Shown piece by piece: positions 9,901-19,880 of a DNA stretch of 64,000 nt. This DNA comes from Andalucia godoyi And28 (Eukaryota; Protista; Jakobida), in NCBI GenBank assembly GCA_009859145.1, contig VRVR01000048.1, positions 177,843 through 241,842 of the forward strand, given 5' to 3'. Every line of letters starts with the position of its first letter. The first letter of the stretch is position 1. The notes beneath the pieces were generated by a model. The model did not search any database. It was not told where the DNA came from and was given only the letters and a program-made list of their open reading frames with translations. The translations under genes and the position numbers were made by a program.

Positions 9901-11800
9901 GATGAATGACGTTTCGCTGATGGGCGTGAGGTTTATCGCTGTGTCGTGTGTGAATTTTCCCAGCGTACAGGACAGTGAGGGTATACTGGTATCTGCAGTA
10001 GACATTGTGGCTCACACCACACTTCTTGCTGGGATTCAAAGTTCCCTTGTTGCAGACGTTGCTGTCTCAGCGCCTTCTGGAGTGTCTCTCTTCGTACCTG
10101 CTGGTTCTGTACCCATATCCTCTGCTGGTTCTGTACCGTTGATTTCGGTTACTTCATCCTCCTATCTCCCTTCTAATGTTCCGCCCGGAATGATAAGCAC
10201 GCAGGACGGTGTGACGGCGCTGTCGACTGCGATCAAGGACAACGCTCTTTCTCAGCCGCGCTCTTTTTTGTTCCCCGTGACCTTGTCCGCCTCAATTCCG
10301 CAACGAACGGCTTCTCAACACGAAGCTGCTTCTCAACACGAAGCTGCTTCTCAACACGAAGCTGCTTCGATCCACATGCATGGGGCAACGTGCAGTCCTT
10401 CCGTGTCGGGAACGGAGTGGCGGGCTTTCAGAAGCGAGACTGCAGGCTCCTGGTCGCTTTTGGACAAGCAGCTTGTGCAAATTGATTTGTATTCATGTTC
10501 GTTTTCTGTGCTGTTGCAAGTCTCGAACGCCGAATTTGTCTTGGGAATTCATGCCATGTCTCCTCAATCGAACAACAACAACAGCGACAAGGACGGCGCA
10601 AACCGTGACAATGTTCCTGTAATGATGATTGTCGGAGTCGTTGTCGCTGTGGTTGCTTTGCTCGTAATCTGCTGCTGCTGCCGATCATGCCACAAGAAAG
10701 CGCAAGTCAAGAAGAAAGCTGAGCGGCGAAAAGAGATGCATGCGATTTGTTCTGCAGAGTCTCATTTCTCCTTTGATTCCGTCAATCCAGACGGCACGTA
10801 TGAATTGCAGCCACTCCCATCTGCTCCCTCGCACATCTCCTCTCCTCTGATATTCAGCTTTCCTGCTCCGCTGTCCAGTGCAGGGGAGGCGACGTTCGCA
10901 ACGCAGCAGGAAGCAATCGCGTGGGCCTTGAAAGACGAACCAGCAGAGAATGCCGAGTTGGCTGTTGGCTTGTGCAGATCACTTGGTGTCTTTGTCTTGT
11001 ATGATTTGGCAAAGCGTGGAGCGACATGCACGGATTCTCCTCCAGTGCCGATCATGCCGACGTCTGCATCGAGGCTTGTGAGCGCTACCAGCAGTCGCCG
11101 CTTTGCAGTGGCAGATGGAAACAGCATTTCGTCCTTTGACAAGGAAACACCGTACGCGACGTTTGTTCAGTTTGTAGGGCACACGTCTTCCATTCTCTGC
11201 TTGTCCTTTTCTGCCGACGAGGAGCGCTTGATATCCGGGGCGGAAGATGGATCCGCACGTGTGTGGAGCGTGGCTGCTGGAAGCAACCTGAAGGTCCTGG
11301 GAGGATCCCACGGTCCAGTTCGGGCAGTTGCCATTGGTGCAGTAGCGGTCACGGCCACTGATGACCTGATTGTGAGAGTTTGGGATGTGACGACTGCCCA
11401 GGTGCTAGCTGCTCTCAATGGGCACTCCGCCGCCATCCGGACCGTCGCAGTCTCCACGGACGGAGTCACTGTTGCCACGGGCTCGGATGACTCCACCGTG
11501 CGACTCTGGACGATTTTCCCAACCACCATTTGCAAGCAGATCATGACTGCGCATTGCTCTCCCGTCGTGTGCGTCTCCTTTTCGCCCGATTCGCGGTTCC
11601 TTGCATCTGCCTCGCTCGACAGAACCGTCCGCCTGTGGGATCTCAAGTACTGCTCGCTCGCTGCAGTCATTCTGCCGTTTGTCGGGCGCACGGTAATCGA
11701 GTCTGCCAAATTCGCCTCCAGCACAGTTCTTCTCATCGAGTCCGCCGACAAGCACTCCGTGTTCTTCAGTATTCCCGAGCACCTCGTCGTCCCCGAGTGA
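6953..11800 (+). CDS. Large type-I membrane protein: Cys-rich repeats, 4 cadherin-like beta-sandwiches, Ig-like, FN3 and ZU5-like ectodomain; one TM; cytoplasmic WD40 repeats
   Basis: Signal peptide MRRIVVACALIFLIVHLSCA; CPPG repeats; four LSPxF...Y...NG...Y repeats; FN3-like RNLSSGTTHSVRAR; TM VMMIVGVVVAVVALLVICCCC then a basic stretch; four clear GH...WD repeats. Confidence 0.85.
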   Translation: MRRIVVACALIFLIVHLSCAAHTLAGLSCSAGEFLDNSAAPPKCVGCPPGSISQTVNASSCTPCSPGSFSPSLGSRNCTLCPPGSVAAAGSRNCTAGPTLASLVWSTGALSPEFSANAFAYRLAVSAPTANVSVVPVVSAAVRAVAVIKVNGSIVESGKRSRELSLTAGVNVSVPIEISVSSDMWTRYTVTIARATFGTSKLTALAVSAGTLTPVFSAYEFSYSVASVPLTAASVTITPTAQSDYATIKVNNVIVASRSASSPLFLSAARAITVTVNVSVPGTVWTSYTVFLPKLQVLANELFNLSASAGTWNPQFSPKVFVYSLSVAPQVSNITFLPLGLTSRVNVTVNGTRIPHGSASQAVPLMLSNTVVVNISVVDIGVAPKSYIVSVFRQPAPRNASLSRLELSAGVLSPAFNSLIVAYTVVMPVDTSNITIRPTSFSLSTRIWVNNSLVVSGSQSAEIPVPFGQQMLVVVRLQDGDLLRSYNLSILRPGVTVIYPRRDTSFVSGQFIYVRWNSLLLSNTDALQVVFFSPQNRAGDVVASRVPSGITSFPLRIPLAIVPGSQFTIGVRLNNNTSTQGLSTGTFSVVAQNPTKYVYVSSPAPFTRFGIWNGPYRVSWTILNCNALDTVSISLRDTLNNFALVQMLAQYVPASLLSTELRLTSTTGIAVNSDRYEMHITLDGAASSDAVPVSFAFSAPIVSSLSILYPRDSTSWVVGDVWGVEWASTGLSESETVSFFLYLPANASLLWRLSTPSLVFASVGYQGLRVTQGGSVALGGPYRLRMVGSSGVTADALADVFLVSSATLPSATIISASPESTSSVSVLLGSAAGVLASSKIVELFRNALCAGTALSSQILGPSTWTARFRNLSSGTTHSVRARYTSISGGTSPLSSCVAVSTNLASSFFPSIRLLHPIAGHSYFYTETSSVIQAQSMDIRVLVSGPQSVYTVSAMLQTVSGRAVRTLFATCSTSSECLIGSVKWMNDVSLMGVRFIAVSCVNFPSVQDSEGILVSAVDIVAHTTLLAGIQSSLVADVAVSAPSGVSLFVPAGSVPISSAGSVPLISVTSSSYLPSNVPPGMISTQDGVTALSTAIKDNALSQPRSFLFPVTLSASIPQRTASQHEAASQHEAASQHEAASIHMHGATCSPSVSGTEWRAFRSETAGSWSLLDKQLVQIDLYSCSFSVLLQVSNAEFVLGIHAMSPQSNNNNSDKDGANRDNVPVMMIVGVVVAVVALLVICCCCRSCHKKAQVKKKAERRKEMHAICSAESHFSFDSVNPDGTYELQPLPSAPSHISSPLIFSFPAPLSSAGEATFATQQEAIAWALKDEPAENAELAVGLCRSLGVFVLYDLAKRGATCTDSPPVPIMPTSASRLVSATSSRRFAVADGNSISSFDKETPYATFVQFVGHTSSILCLSFSADEERLISGAEDGSARVWSVAAGSNLKVLGGSHGPVRAVAIGAVAVTATDDLIVRVWDVTTAQVLAALNGHSAAIRTVAVSTDGVTVATGSDDSTVRLWTIFPTTICKQIMTAHCSPVVCVSFSPDSRFLASASLDRTVRLWDLKYCSLAAVILPFVGRTVIESAKFASSTVLLIESADKHSVFFSIPEHLVVPE
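10310..10368 (+). repeat. 18-bp coding tandem repeat x3 (encoding ASQHEA units)
   Basis: GCTTCTCAACACGAAGCT repeated three times exactly, in frame. Confidence 0.95.
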
Positions 11801-11866
11801 TCCAATTACCACGACACATGGGCGCGATGGGATACGTACGAGACGGGAAATAACCAACCCCTCTCT

Positions 11867-11925
11867 CCCTCCCTCCCTCCCTCCCTCCCTCCAACCAAAC
11901 CAAACCAAACCAAACCAAACCAAAC
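11867..11925. repeat. (CCCT)n + (CCAAA)n microsatellite spacer
   Basis: Directly visible. Confidence 0.9.
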
Positions 11926-12160
11926 ACACAAACAAACACAATGCTTACGTAATTACCGTTTCGCTCGTCCCATCGTGCGTCCTAGTCGTAGTCGGTTCCA
12001 AAACTGGAAATAAGATGCTGGCGTTTCGGTGTTTCCTCTGTTTCCTCTTTTTGTTTTGTTTTCGTAGTGATTGTTTATCCAGCTGCGTATTGGAAAAGTA
12101 AGCATTTCCCCTCCCGCTCCTTTCTTTCTTGGACTTTGCGGACTTTGTGGGGTGCTGTCA

Positions 12161-13009
12161 ATGTTTTGTGGGAGGCTTGTGAATCGTTCGCTGGCCAGAA
12201 TTCCTTTGCCTCCGTTGCATACCGTGTTCATGTCGTCGTCTGTGCCTACGCATTCGCGGAAAAAGGGTCGGCAGCAATGCCCGATCTCACTGTCGATATC
12301 CAACTCGACGCTGCCGGAAGCGACGTTTCATGACCATCCGAAAGACTACGAGGCCATTTTAAGCGCGCTGCAAAGCAGGCAAGGCTACAAATACATTGAA
12401 AGCGCCGCGGCTGAATTCAGCACTCATTTGCCGAGTGCGAAGAAGTATCATTTCATGGATCCAAAGCTGCATCCGTCGCTGTTTCGGTTTGACTACTTTG
12501 TCAGAGAAGACGGAAGAGTCCTTGACGGCCTAGTCATGTTCAACGAAAAAGCAGAAGGGTTTCCGGGCTGTGTGCACGGCGGAGTGTCCTCTGCGCTGCT
12601 GGATGACGCGCTTGGATTTCTTGGGTTCTACACCATCAAGGCGCTTGTCACCACCGAACTGGACGTCCGTTTTCTCAATCTCGTCAAGCTCCAAACAGTG
12701 CACTACTTGTACGTCGAGGCGGTTCCCGCGGTCGATGCTCATCGGTACGACCCACTGTACCCGCCATCCTTGTCATCGTCATCGTCATCGTCATCGTCGT
12801 CGTGTGCTGTGAGTGAGCCGGAGCGGTCCAAAAAGGATGCAGACGGAGGCGGGAAGCCAAAGGTCGAGTATGGATTCATGGGAAAGAAACCGCTGTTCCT
12901 TGGCGGACTTGTCGATCCTTTTGGTTTGGAGTGCATTTGGGCCCGCGGAAGGTTCCTGGATATTCGACACAAGGCCTCGAAGCCCATTCACCATCCCTCC
13001 AAACTATAG
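12161..13009 (+). CDS. Hotdog-fold acyl-CoA thioesterase (THEM4/PaaI-like), probably mitochondrial
   Basis: FNEKAEGFPGCVHGGVSSALLDDALG motif; VTTELDVRF; Arg/Ser-rich N-terminus from ATG 12161. Confidence 0.85.
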   Translation: MFCGRLVNRSLARIPLPPLHTVFMSSSVPTHSRKKGRQQCPISLSISNSTLPEATFHDHPKDYEAILSALQSRQGYKYIESAAAEFSTHLPSAKKYHFMDPKLHPSLFRFDYFVREDGRVLDGLVMFNEKAEGFPGCVHGGVSSALLDDALGFLGFYTIKALVTTELDVRFLNLVKLQTVHYLYVEAVPAVDAHRYDPLYPPSLSSSSSSSSSSCAVSEPERSKKDADGGGKPKVEYGFMGKKPLFLGGLVDPFGLECIWARGRFLDIRHKASKPIHHPSKL

Positions 13010-13281
13010 GAACACATCGTACAGAGTAGAGTGTACATAATCTTGATTAAACCGCAAAACCCGCTAATCCCACAAAAACCCTCCTTCACATTGCCTCGTT
13101 CTCTTGCCTCCGTTTTGTCGCGTATTATCCGACAGTCACGTTCTTTTCTAGTCTTTTCTTTCATTTTCTAAAAAACAACAACAATAATCATTGTTGGTCT
13201 TTTTCCCATCTCTGTCTCGGTTCGTCTGTTTCCGAGCCTGCGCCGACTCTGCGTACTTGCTTCAAACGAGGAAGGAAACGA

Positions 13282-14277
13282 ATGCCACTTTTTGAAACAA
13301 TTCCGGTCGATGCGGACAAGGTTCGGCAGATTGTGTTGGAGCATTGGTCGCTGGAGCTTGGAGCGTGTGTGAAGGCATCGCAGAACCACACGTTCACGGC
13401 AACATCGACTGCGGACTCGGGCAAGTACATTGTGCGAGTGACACCTGATCCTAAGAACACTCGATGTTTGTCGATTCAGGTCGAGCTGGCGTTTCTAGAG
13501 TATCTTGCGAAGCACGGACTGACGGTGTGTCCTGCAGTGGCGACACGTTCTGCGCCGAGCCAGGAGTTTCTGCGCGTGGATTCTCTTTCGATCTGTGTGT
13601 TTCCGTTTGCAAAGGGGAGTGCAGTGAACTACCTGGAGTGGCGGTGGATGACGGAGAAGTCGCATGTTGTTGCGCTTGGTCGGTGGATCGCACAACTTCA
13701 CAGGCTTTCGAAACAGTTTGCAGTGGATCACCCAGACATCGCCGGCAAAGCTCGCGAGTACTCGGAGATCCACGATAGCATCCTTGCGGAAGCGCCGATT
13801 GACGCAAAGGACCTGGCGACGAAGACGGATCCGGATGTGTACGGGTTGCTGCACGGCGACGTGAACCCGAGCAACTACTTTTTCGATGTGCGCGAGCAGA
13901 TCCCGTATGTGTTCGACTGGGACCAGGTTGCTCGCGGGTGGTTCCTGTATGATCTTGCACAGCCGATTTGGGGAGTTGTGATGCTGGTCGGTGCTGGAAA
14001 TCCTTTCGATCGGTCGCCCGTACCGCAAGCCAATGTTGCGCAGTATACGGAGTGGATTGTGGAAGGGTATGAGTCGGCGTTTGGACAGCATGTGGACACT
14101 GCAGCCCTCCAACGGATGGTCAGACTTCGCAGAGAGTTGTACTCCCGGTTCTGCCGACGAGCTGTTCTGGAACTCGATCCCACGTCGTTCATGGGCCAGT
14201 TTTGCCAGTACATCGTGCAGTGGCTGGATCGTGAAGATGCCGCCGCCGAGACCCAAGTCCAAAGCAACGACTGCTAA
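13282..14277 (+). CDS. APH/phosphotransferase-family kinase (bacterial YerI/homoserine kinase II-like)
   Basis: YIVRVT...ELAFLEYL N-lobe; YGLLHGDVNPSN catalytic loop; VFDWD metal-binding motif; WFLYDLA. Confidence 0.85.
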   Translation: MPLFETIPVDADKVRQIVLEHWSLELGACVKASQNHTFTATSTADSGKYIVRVTPDPKNTRCLSIQVELAFLEYLAKHGLTVCPAVATRSAPSQEFLRVDSLSICVFPFAKGSAVNYLEWRWMTEKSHVVALGRWIAQLHRLSKQFAVDHPDIAGKAREYSEIHDSILAEAPIDAKDLATKTDPDVYGLLHGDVNPSNYFFDVREQIPYVFDWDQVARGWFLYDLAQPIWGVVMLVGAGNPFDRSPVPQANVAQYTEWIVEGYESAFGQHVDTAALQRMVRLRRELYSRFCRRAVLELDPTSFMGQFCQYIVQWLDREDAAAETQVQSNDC

Positions 14278-14414
14278 TATCGCAGCGCGTGACGTGGTAA
14301 AATCGGTTCCTTCTCTTCTCTTCCTTCGATGTTTATTTGCAGTTTTTGTTGGCATTCTTGCGTTACTTCTTTTTTTTAAAATTTCATAATACTTTCCTCC
14401 GTATGTTCTCTTCT

Positions 14415-16097
14415 TTAAATGTCTGTTCCTGCAGGAACGCGGGCTCGTCGAGAAGTATTGACATCTGCGCCAGACGAGGCCGCGATGCTTGCTCTCCGTT
14501 GTTGCAGCGGTTGGTAGTCTGGTGCAGACGGCGAAGTGGATGCAGCCGGTTGATCGTGTTGTTCGATCTGCGATTGCAAGGATTGCTGCTCTTCGGTGGA
14601 GACGACGGAGGTCAAATGAGCCCACGACTGCCGTTTCTGGAAATCTTGGTTTCGTTTTTCCAATGCAAGAATCAATTCCGCGAGTCCAGTTGTCCAGACA
14701 AAGTATGCATCGTCGTCGGGTGCGATCAAGTACAACGTCTCGCCGGCTTCGGTTTCGACGGCGAAGCTCAGGCGTCGATTGTCCTCTGACATTCCTTTGT
14801 ATTCTCGAATGATGTCGGGGTCCGTTCGGACGGCAGTGGCGCGCAGACAGTTTGGAAACACGGTGGCCCCGGGCTCACCCCAGTACACGAATCCCGTTGC
14901 GTCGGCCATGAACGCCCGCTGATGCGGTGGTTTTGTCGCTAGCCGAGCATTCTTTTTCGAAAATCCCTTTCGGATATGCTTGTACAACAATAGCGGCTTC
15001 TGCAGCTCTTGCCAAACAAGTTCGATCGAAAACTGTCCTGCAGCATCCTCATTCCCAGCATGCGATAGTGCTGGCTGCCCATTATCGCTGCCAGAGACAC
15101 GCTGCATCGCAAACTGCTGGTGTTCGGCTTGCGATGGATCGATTGTGACCGACTCGACTAATTGATCTGTGAACTGTGTCTTGGACGGCTCCACAATCCG
15201 CACTACTGGAGTCGCGGCCGAGCTGCTAGTTCTTGACGACTGGAACAAATACTCTGTGGTGGCGGTGTCTCGAGCATCCTCATTCGCCGCTGCCGACGAC
15301 GCTGTTGCGACGATGCCAGCGTCGTCAACGTCGGCAAACGGGATCTTGTTTTCTGCGAGGAACTGAAGCACATTCTGGAACAGATAGAGCCTTCCTGTAA
15401 ACACAGCAAGCAGCAAATGCCGGTCTTTTGCACTGACGATGAATCTGTATGGTCTATCGTTCTTGTACTCGATGGTCATGAGCAAGCGGTCTCTGCGATC
15501 GACTCTGAAGAACGCAATATCGTCATACGAGTGCTGTGAAAACATCGCCTTCTTTTCCTGGTCGACATGCCGCACCAGCCGTCCAGCGACCACCAGCTCA
15601 TGCGAGTGCAAGTGCCCCTTTGAATCCACGCCTTGCACCAAGAACGAGTAGTCACACGACGGCATCGACTTGCAAAACACACTCCACTCTGCACTAAGCT
15701 CACTGCTCTTACTCCTACTCCCTCCACCGACGCCGGCACTCCCACTGGTACTGGGGCTTGGGCTGGTTGGAGCGGGAAGCTGGTCCTTTGAAAGGCCCCC
15801 TTTGTGGTGCAAAAGCTTCAAGTTTCGAACGACATTCGCGACGATCTTCTCCGAGTCGGCAGAGAGATAGATATGTGCCTCGTCGTTCTGAAACACAATG
15901 CGAAAAAGCTGTGGGTTGCGTTGATCCCAACTCACCTTCTTCACGTTCTCCATCGCATCCCGAGTCTTTACATTCCCAGAAAACGGATCAATCACCAAAA
16001 TGTCCTGAATCGACAGCACTAAAAGACGTGAAAACACCTGGTTACGCCTCGAAAACCGAAACACCGGGTACGACGTAAACTCCACAACTCCACCCAT
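14415..16097 (-). CDS. Multi-PH-domain protein with C-terminal coiled coil
   Basis: Two N-terminal PH-like blocks (RLLVLSIQDILVIDP; HELVVAGRLVRHVD). C-terminal PH ends LSFAVET...TLYLIA...AYFVWTTGLAEL with the PH Trp. Confidence 0.7.
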   Translation of the reverse strand: MGGVVEFTSYPVFRFSRRNQVFSRLLVLSIQDILVIDPFSGNVKTRDAMENVKKVSWDQRNPQLFRIVFQNDEAHIYLSADSEKIVANVVRNLKLLHHKGGLSKDQLPAPTSPSPSTSGSAGVGGGSRSKSSELSAEWSVFCKSMPSCDYSFLVQGVDSKGHLHSHELVVAGRLVRHVDQEKKAMFSQHSYDDIAFFRVDRRDRLLMTIEYKNDRPYRFIVSAKDRHLLLAVFTGRLYLFQNVLQFLAENKIPFADVDDAGIVATASSAAANEDARDTATTEYLFQSSRTSSSAATPVVRIVEPSKTQFTDQLVESVTIDPSQAEHQQFAMQRVSGSDNGQPALSHAGNEDAAGQFSIELVWQELQKPLLLYKHIRKGFSKKNARLATKPPHQRAFMADATGFVYWGEPGATVFPNCLRATAVRTDPDIIREYKGMSEDNRRLSFAVETEAGETLYLIAPDDDAYFVWTTGLAELILALEKRNQDFQKRQSWAHLTSVVSTEEQQSLQSQIEQHDQPAASTSPSAPDYQPLQQRRASIAASSGADVNTSRRARVPAGTDI

Positions 16098-16642
16098 CCT
16101 CGCTCCGTCACCGATCACCAGCAATACCAATTCAATAATGCAGGTTCCGTACTTGCGTAACGGTTGGCCGTTTTGTGCATCAACATTGAAACATCAAGCA
16201 ATATCATCCCGGGAAGTCTGTTAGATAATCTCACCCCTATGAAAGAACACGATTTTCCTACCGTAGTCAAGTCCAGATTTTCCTCACGTTTTTCTTTCTG
16301 CACCACCGACTGTAGTCGCACTCTTGAAACCTTGAGACTTGAGACTGGAATCGAAAACGAGGGAAAAGAAAAAGGAAAAGAAAGAGAAAAAAAAAACGGT
16401 TTGACGAAGACGCATAAGTATTCGGAACTAATCGTTATGTTTTGTTGATTGGATTTTTGTTTTTGTTTTTTGTGATGATTTTCGGTTATTTTCCCATCTT
16501 CTTTGATTTGCCGTCAGAAACGAAGAGAAGAAAGGGTTGCGAGTACTTGATAATTGTGTATTGAGAGTGTGAGCGAGTGAGTGATTAAGTGAGTGGGTGT
16601 GAGAGAGAGCGAGATCAGTAGGAAGATTGTAATAAAAAAAGG

Positions 16643-18100
16643 ATGCCTCCAAAGAAGAAGGGTGGGAAGAAGAAGGATTCGCGGCCTTCGTCTGCGGCTG
16701 TTGATGGTGGGGAGTTGTCGGGTGGACCTACAGTGGAGTCTCTGACGGCTCAGCTGCAGCAGATGGTGGCGGAGAAGGAGCAGGAGCAGCGCGAGCGGAA
16801 CTTTTATCAGCTTGAGAGAGACAAGGTGACTGGGTTTTGGGAGATCACGAAGAAGGAGCTTGATGAGTTGCGGTCTCAGCTGCGGAACAGAGAGCGTCAT
16901 GTGGAGGAACAGGAGGAGCGGCATCAGATTGAGATGAAGGTGTACAAGCAAAAAGTTCGTCATCTGCTCTATGAGCACAAGGTGACGATGGACAAGGTGA
17001 AGACGGACTCCGAGGTGTCGTCCAAGGTCGCGTCGGATGAGCATCGGTCCAAAGAGATTGAGCTTAAAGGAGAAAAGAGGTCGCTGAAGGAGGAGATGAA
17101 GGAGCAGGAGCTGTCGCATGAGGAGATGATCAGGAAGTTGCGCCAGGATCACGATAAGAACATCACGAAACTGAGACAGGAGTTTGAGCGCGAGGTTCGT
17201 GAGATCCAGAACAAGTACGAAAAGAAGATGAAGACGCTCCGAGAGGATCTGGAGCTGCGTCGCAAGGCAGAAGTGCACGAGATTGAAGAGCGTAAGAACG
17301 AGCATATCCAAGAGCTGATGTCGAAGCATGCAAAGGCGTTTGCAGAGATTAAGGCGTACTACAATGACATTACGACGAATAACCTGGATCTGATCCGGTC
17401 GCTCAAGGAGGAAGTCGAGGTCATGAAGAAGAAGGAGGCCAAGAACGAGAAGCTCATGTTTGAGATTGCACAGGAAAACAAGAGGCTATCGGAACCGCTG
17501 ACCAATGCGCTCAACCAGGTTGAACAGCTGCGCTCGGAACTTGCAAACTACCAGAAGGACAAGATGAGCCTCAAAAACTCAAAGGCAAGACTGAAGCTCC
17601 TGGAGTCGCAAGTCAAGTCTCTTTCTTGGGAACACGAGGTTCTGCAGCAGCGGTTTTCCAAGGTCTCGGGCGAACGCGACGAGCTCTACGGAAAGTTTGA
17701 AAAGGCCTTGCTCGATGTCCAACAACGCGCTGGATTCCGAAATCTGCTGCTTGAACGCAAGCTCGAGTCCATCTCCGAGCAGCTTGAAAAGAAGGAGGCT
17801 CAGCTCGCCGAGGTCCTTCGAGCCGCGAACCTCGATCCGTCTGTCCTGGGCTCCGTCACCGCCAAGCTGGAAGAAATTCTCGAGGGCAAGAACAGACTTA
17901 TCCGCGATATGCAGTACGAAATCGCAAAGCTCTCCAAGGCACAGCACGACATGGTCCACGTCTTTGAAGGAAAGCTCCGCGAGTTTGGCATTCCCCCCGA
18001 GGAAGTCGGCTTCCAACCCGTGTTGCCGTCCGCCGACATCCAAGCGGACTTGCCACGACCCGGCGGCGGTCCTGCCGGCCTCGTTGCCGCCTCCAGTTAA
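16643..18100 (+). CDS. GAS8: Dynein regulatory complex subunit 4 (growth arrest-specific 8)
   Basis: MPPKKKG start; EREERNFYQLERDK, HQIEMKVYKQKVRHLLYEH, IKAYYNDITTNNLDLIRSLK and FGIPPEEVGFQP motifs. Confidence 0.97.
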   Translation: MPPKKKGGKKKDSRPSSAAVDGGELSGGPTVESLTAQLQQMVAEKEQEQRERNFYQLERDKVTGFWEITKKELDELRSQLRNRERHVEEQEERHQIEMKVYKQKVRHLLYEHKVTMDKVKTDSEVSSKVASDEHRSKEIELKGEKRSLKEEMKEQELSHEEMIRKLRQDHDKNITKLRQEFEREVREIQNKYEKKMKTLREDLELRRKAEVHEIEERKNEHIQELMSKHAKAFAEIKAYYNDITTNNLDLIRSLKEEVEVMKKKEAKNEKLMFEIAQENKRLSEPLTNALNQVEQLRSELANYQKDKMSLKNSKARLKLLESQVKSLSWEHEVLQQRFSKVSGERDELYGKFEKALLDVQQRAGFRNLLLERKLESISEQLEKKEAQLAEVLRAANLDPSVLGSVTAKLEEILEGKNRLIRDMQYEIAKLSKAQHDMVHVFEGKLREFGIPPEEVGFQPVLPSADIQADLPRPGGGPAGLVAASS

Positions 18101-18199
18101 TGAAGCACAGCAAAGCAAGATAAGCGTAAAAAAAAAAATAAATAGTGTAGATATATACTGCATTTTTTTCCTTCTTCTTTCTTTGTTGTCCACAACTCC

Positions 18200-19880
18200 C
18201 TCGGCATCTCCAGTCCGTGTTCAATCTGATCATCAACTCTGCATCTAACAAGTCAAAGGAGATATTGTGTCTTCCGTCGACGAACCGGCCTTGATCGGAG
18301 AAGGTGCGTTCCACATCGGCCTGAGTGCAGCCGACTTCTGTTAAAGCTAACACAGGACCAGAGCTATCAGAACATCCCGGTTTAAAGCTGCAGTCCAAAA
18401 GGAGACGAAATCATTCTCGTATTCTTCCAAACAGCCGAATGCATTCGAACGCATCCTATACTCCGCCAGTTCACGTTCCCACCTGTGCCTTGATTTCCGC
18501 TCGTCGTTCTGAAAGCACAGAAGAAGGCGGGTCCTCTTTTTTAAGAGAAAATTCTAGACAAAAATCGACAGTTTTCCTAAAAGCAGTCGCTTCCAAACCC
18601 GCAATATTGAGATCTCTGCGCTTCACTGGATCCAGAAATGCAAGAATTGTAGACAATAATGAATGATTCAGGTTTGAACTCCAGCAGGAGGTACAGGCAT
18701 TGGTGACCGCATTGCAGAGATGTATCGTCAGGGGATCCTGGGAAGCATTTCGGATCTCTGTGACCTCACGACCTGCTTTCGGGAAGACGTCCCACAGAGA
18801 AATCGCCTGAAAAGCATCGGCTTGCACGGCGTCCGTAGCGCAAGCAAAGGGTTTCATCGCAGTGCAAAAGGCGGTCAACTTGTTCTTCCAGTCTTCCGAA
18901 CAGATTTGATTGGCTACGGAGGTACCACCCATTGCACTGGAGTATGCGTTCCAGCGATCAAGAACACGCCTTGCAGCGTTATAGTGAGAGTTCCAGCGAA
19001 CATCAACGCGCTTGACAATCCTCAAAGGAGTTGTGGCAGGCTGCATCACCTGCATCGCATGAAAAATCTTTGCAACCTCCTGTTGTCTGAATGGCGCAAG
19101 AGAAGCTGACATCTGGTGCATGAAGTCAGGGATCTGCTGGGTAACTGCATCCTTCACAATCAGTTGAATCGAGTGTGCAGCACAACGCATGAAAAATGCC
19201 CATGGGCGAAATTGTGAAACGTAAGATTCAATACCGCGAACGAAATCAGCTCCGTTGTCAGAAACAAAATGAAACCACTACCACCTTGTCACCGCGCTCG
19301 ATATCCTCGACAATCTGTATTAGGATAGCACAGATCCCGTCTCCTGTTAGCGACTCTGTCAATAGAAGACCTTGTAATAGTACGATTGGTTTCCAGAAAC
19401 AACGCAGAATGCAGCCACGATCCGTTTGTGTTGCCAACCTGGGTTGAATCGCACATGAGACAAGCAGCGTAAGAGCTCTTCACAATTCGCTGGACCTCAG
19501 ACCGCACTTCAGCTGCTAGATTCAGGACTTCGGTCTTCACTGTCTGTTCCGACACGTGCACACCAAACGCTTGTCTGAAAGACTCGTTTCGCAAAATCTT
19601 GTAAGACAAGTGGTTGTCGGCAAAAGCAAACGCAATCAGTGTTTTTCCCTTCCGCTTGATTCTTCTTCATTCGCTCAAACAAAGTCGGTAAATTGGAAGA
19701 CGAACCAGAAGGACCACTCGCTGATTCGGCAGGAGGAGACATTGCATGTGCATGCTGCAAATGATAGGCACAATTGGAAGTTTGGAAACGAATTTAGTGA
19801 GTCTTTTCATCATGTGCGCACAGCAGGCATCGAGCTTGTTTTTCACCATTTGCAACGAAATATGACGCCACCTAGGAACG
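18200..19880 (-). pseudogene. Degenerate hAT transposase (several frameshifts and stops)
   Basis: Fragments in different frames, in the correct order: TSNCAYHLQHAH (BED end), LMCDSTQ (D), FVSDNGA (D), MRCAAHSIQL, DVRWNSHY, TQADVERTFS (E, dimerisation). No matching TIR/TSD pair found. Confidence 0.88.

Noticed and set aside
13495-14625. 376-aa minus-strand ORF
   Set aside because: Antisense shadow of the APH kinase; no motifs
16514-17329. 271-aa Leu/His-rich minus ORF
   Set aside because: Antisense of the GAS8 coiled-coil codons
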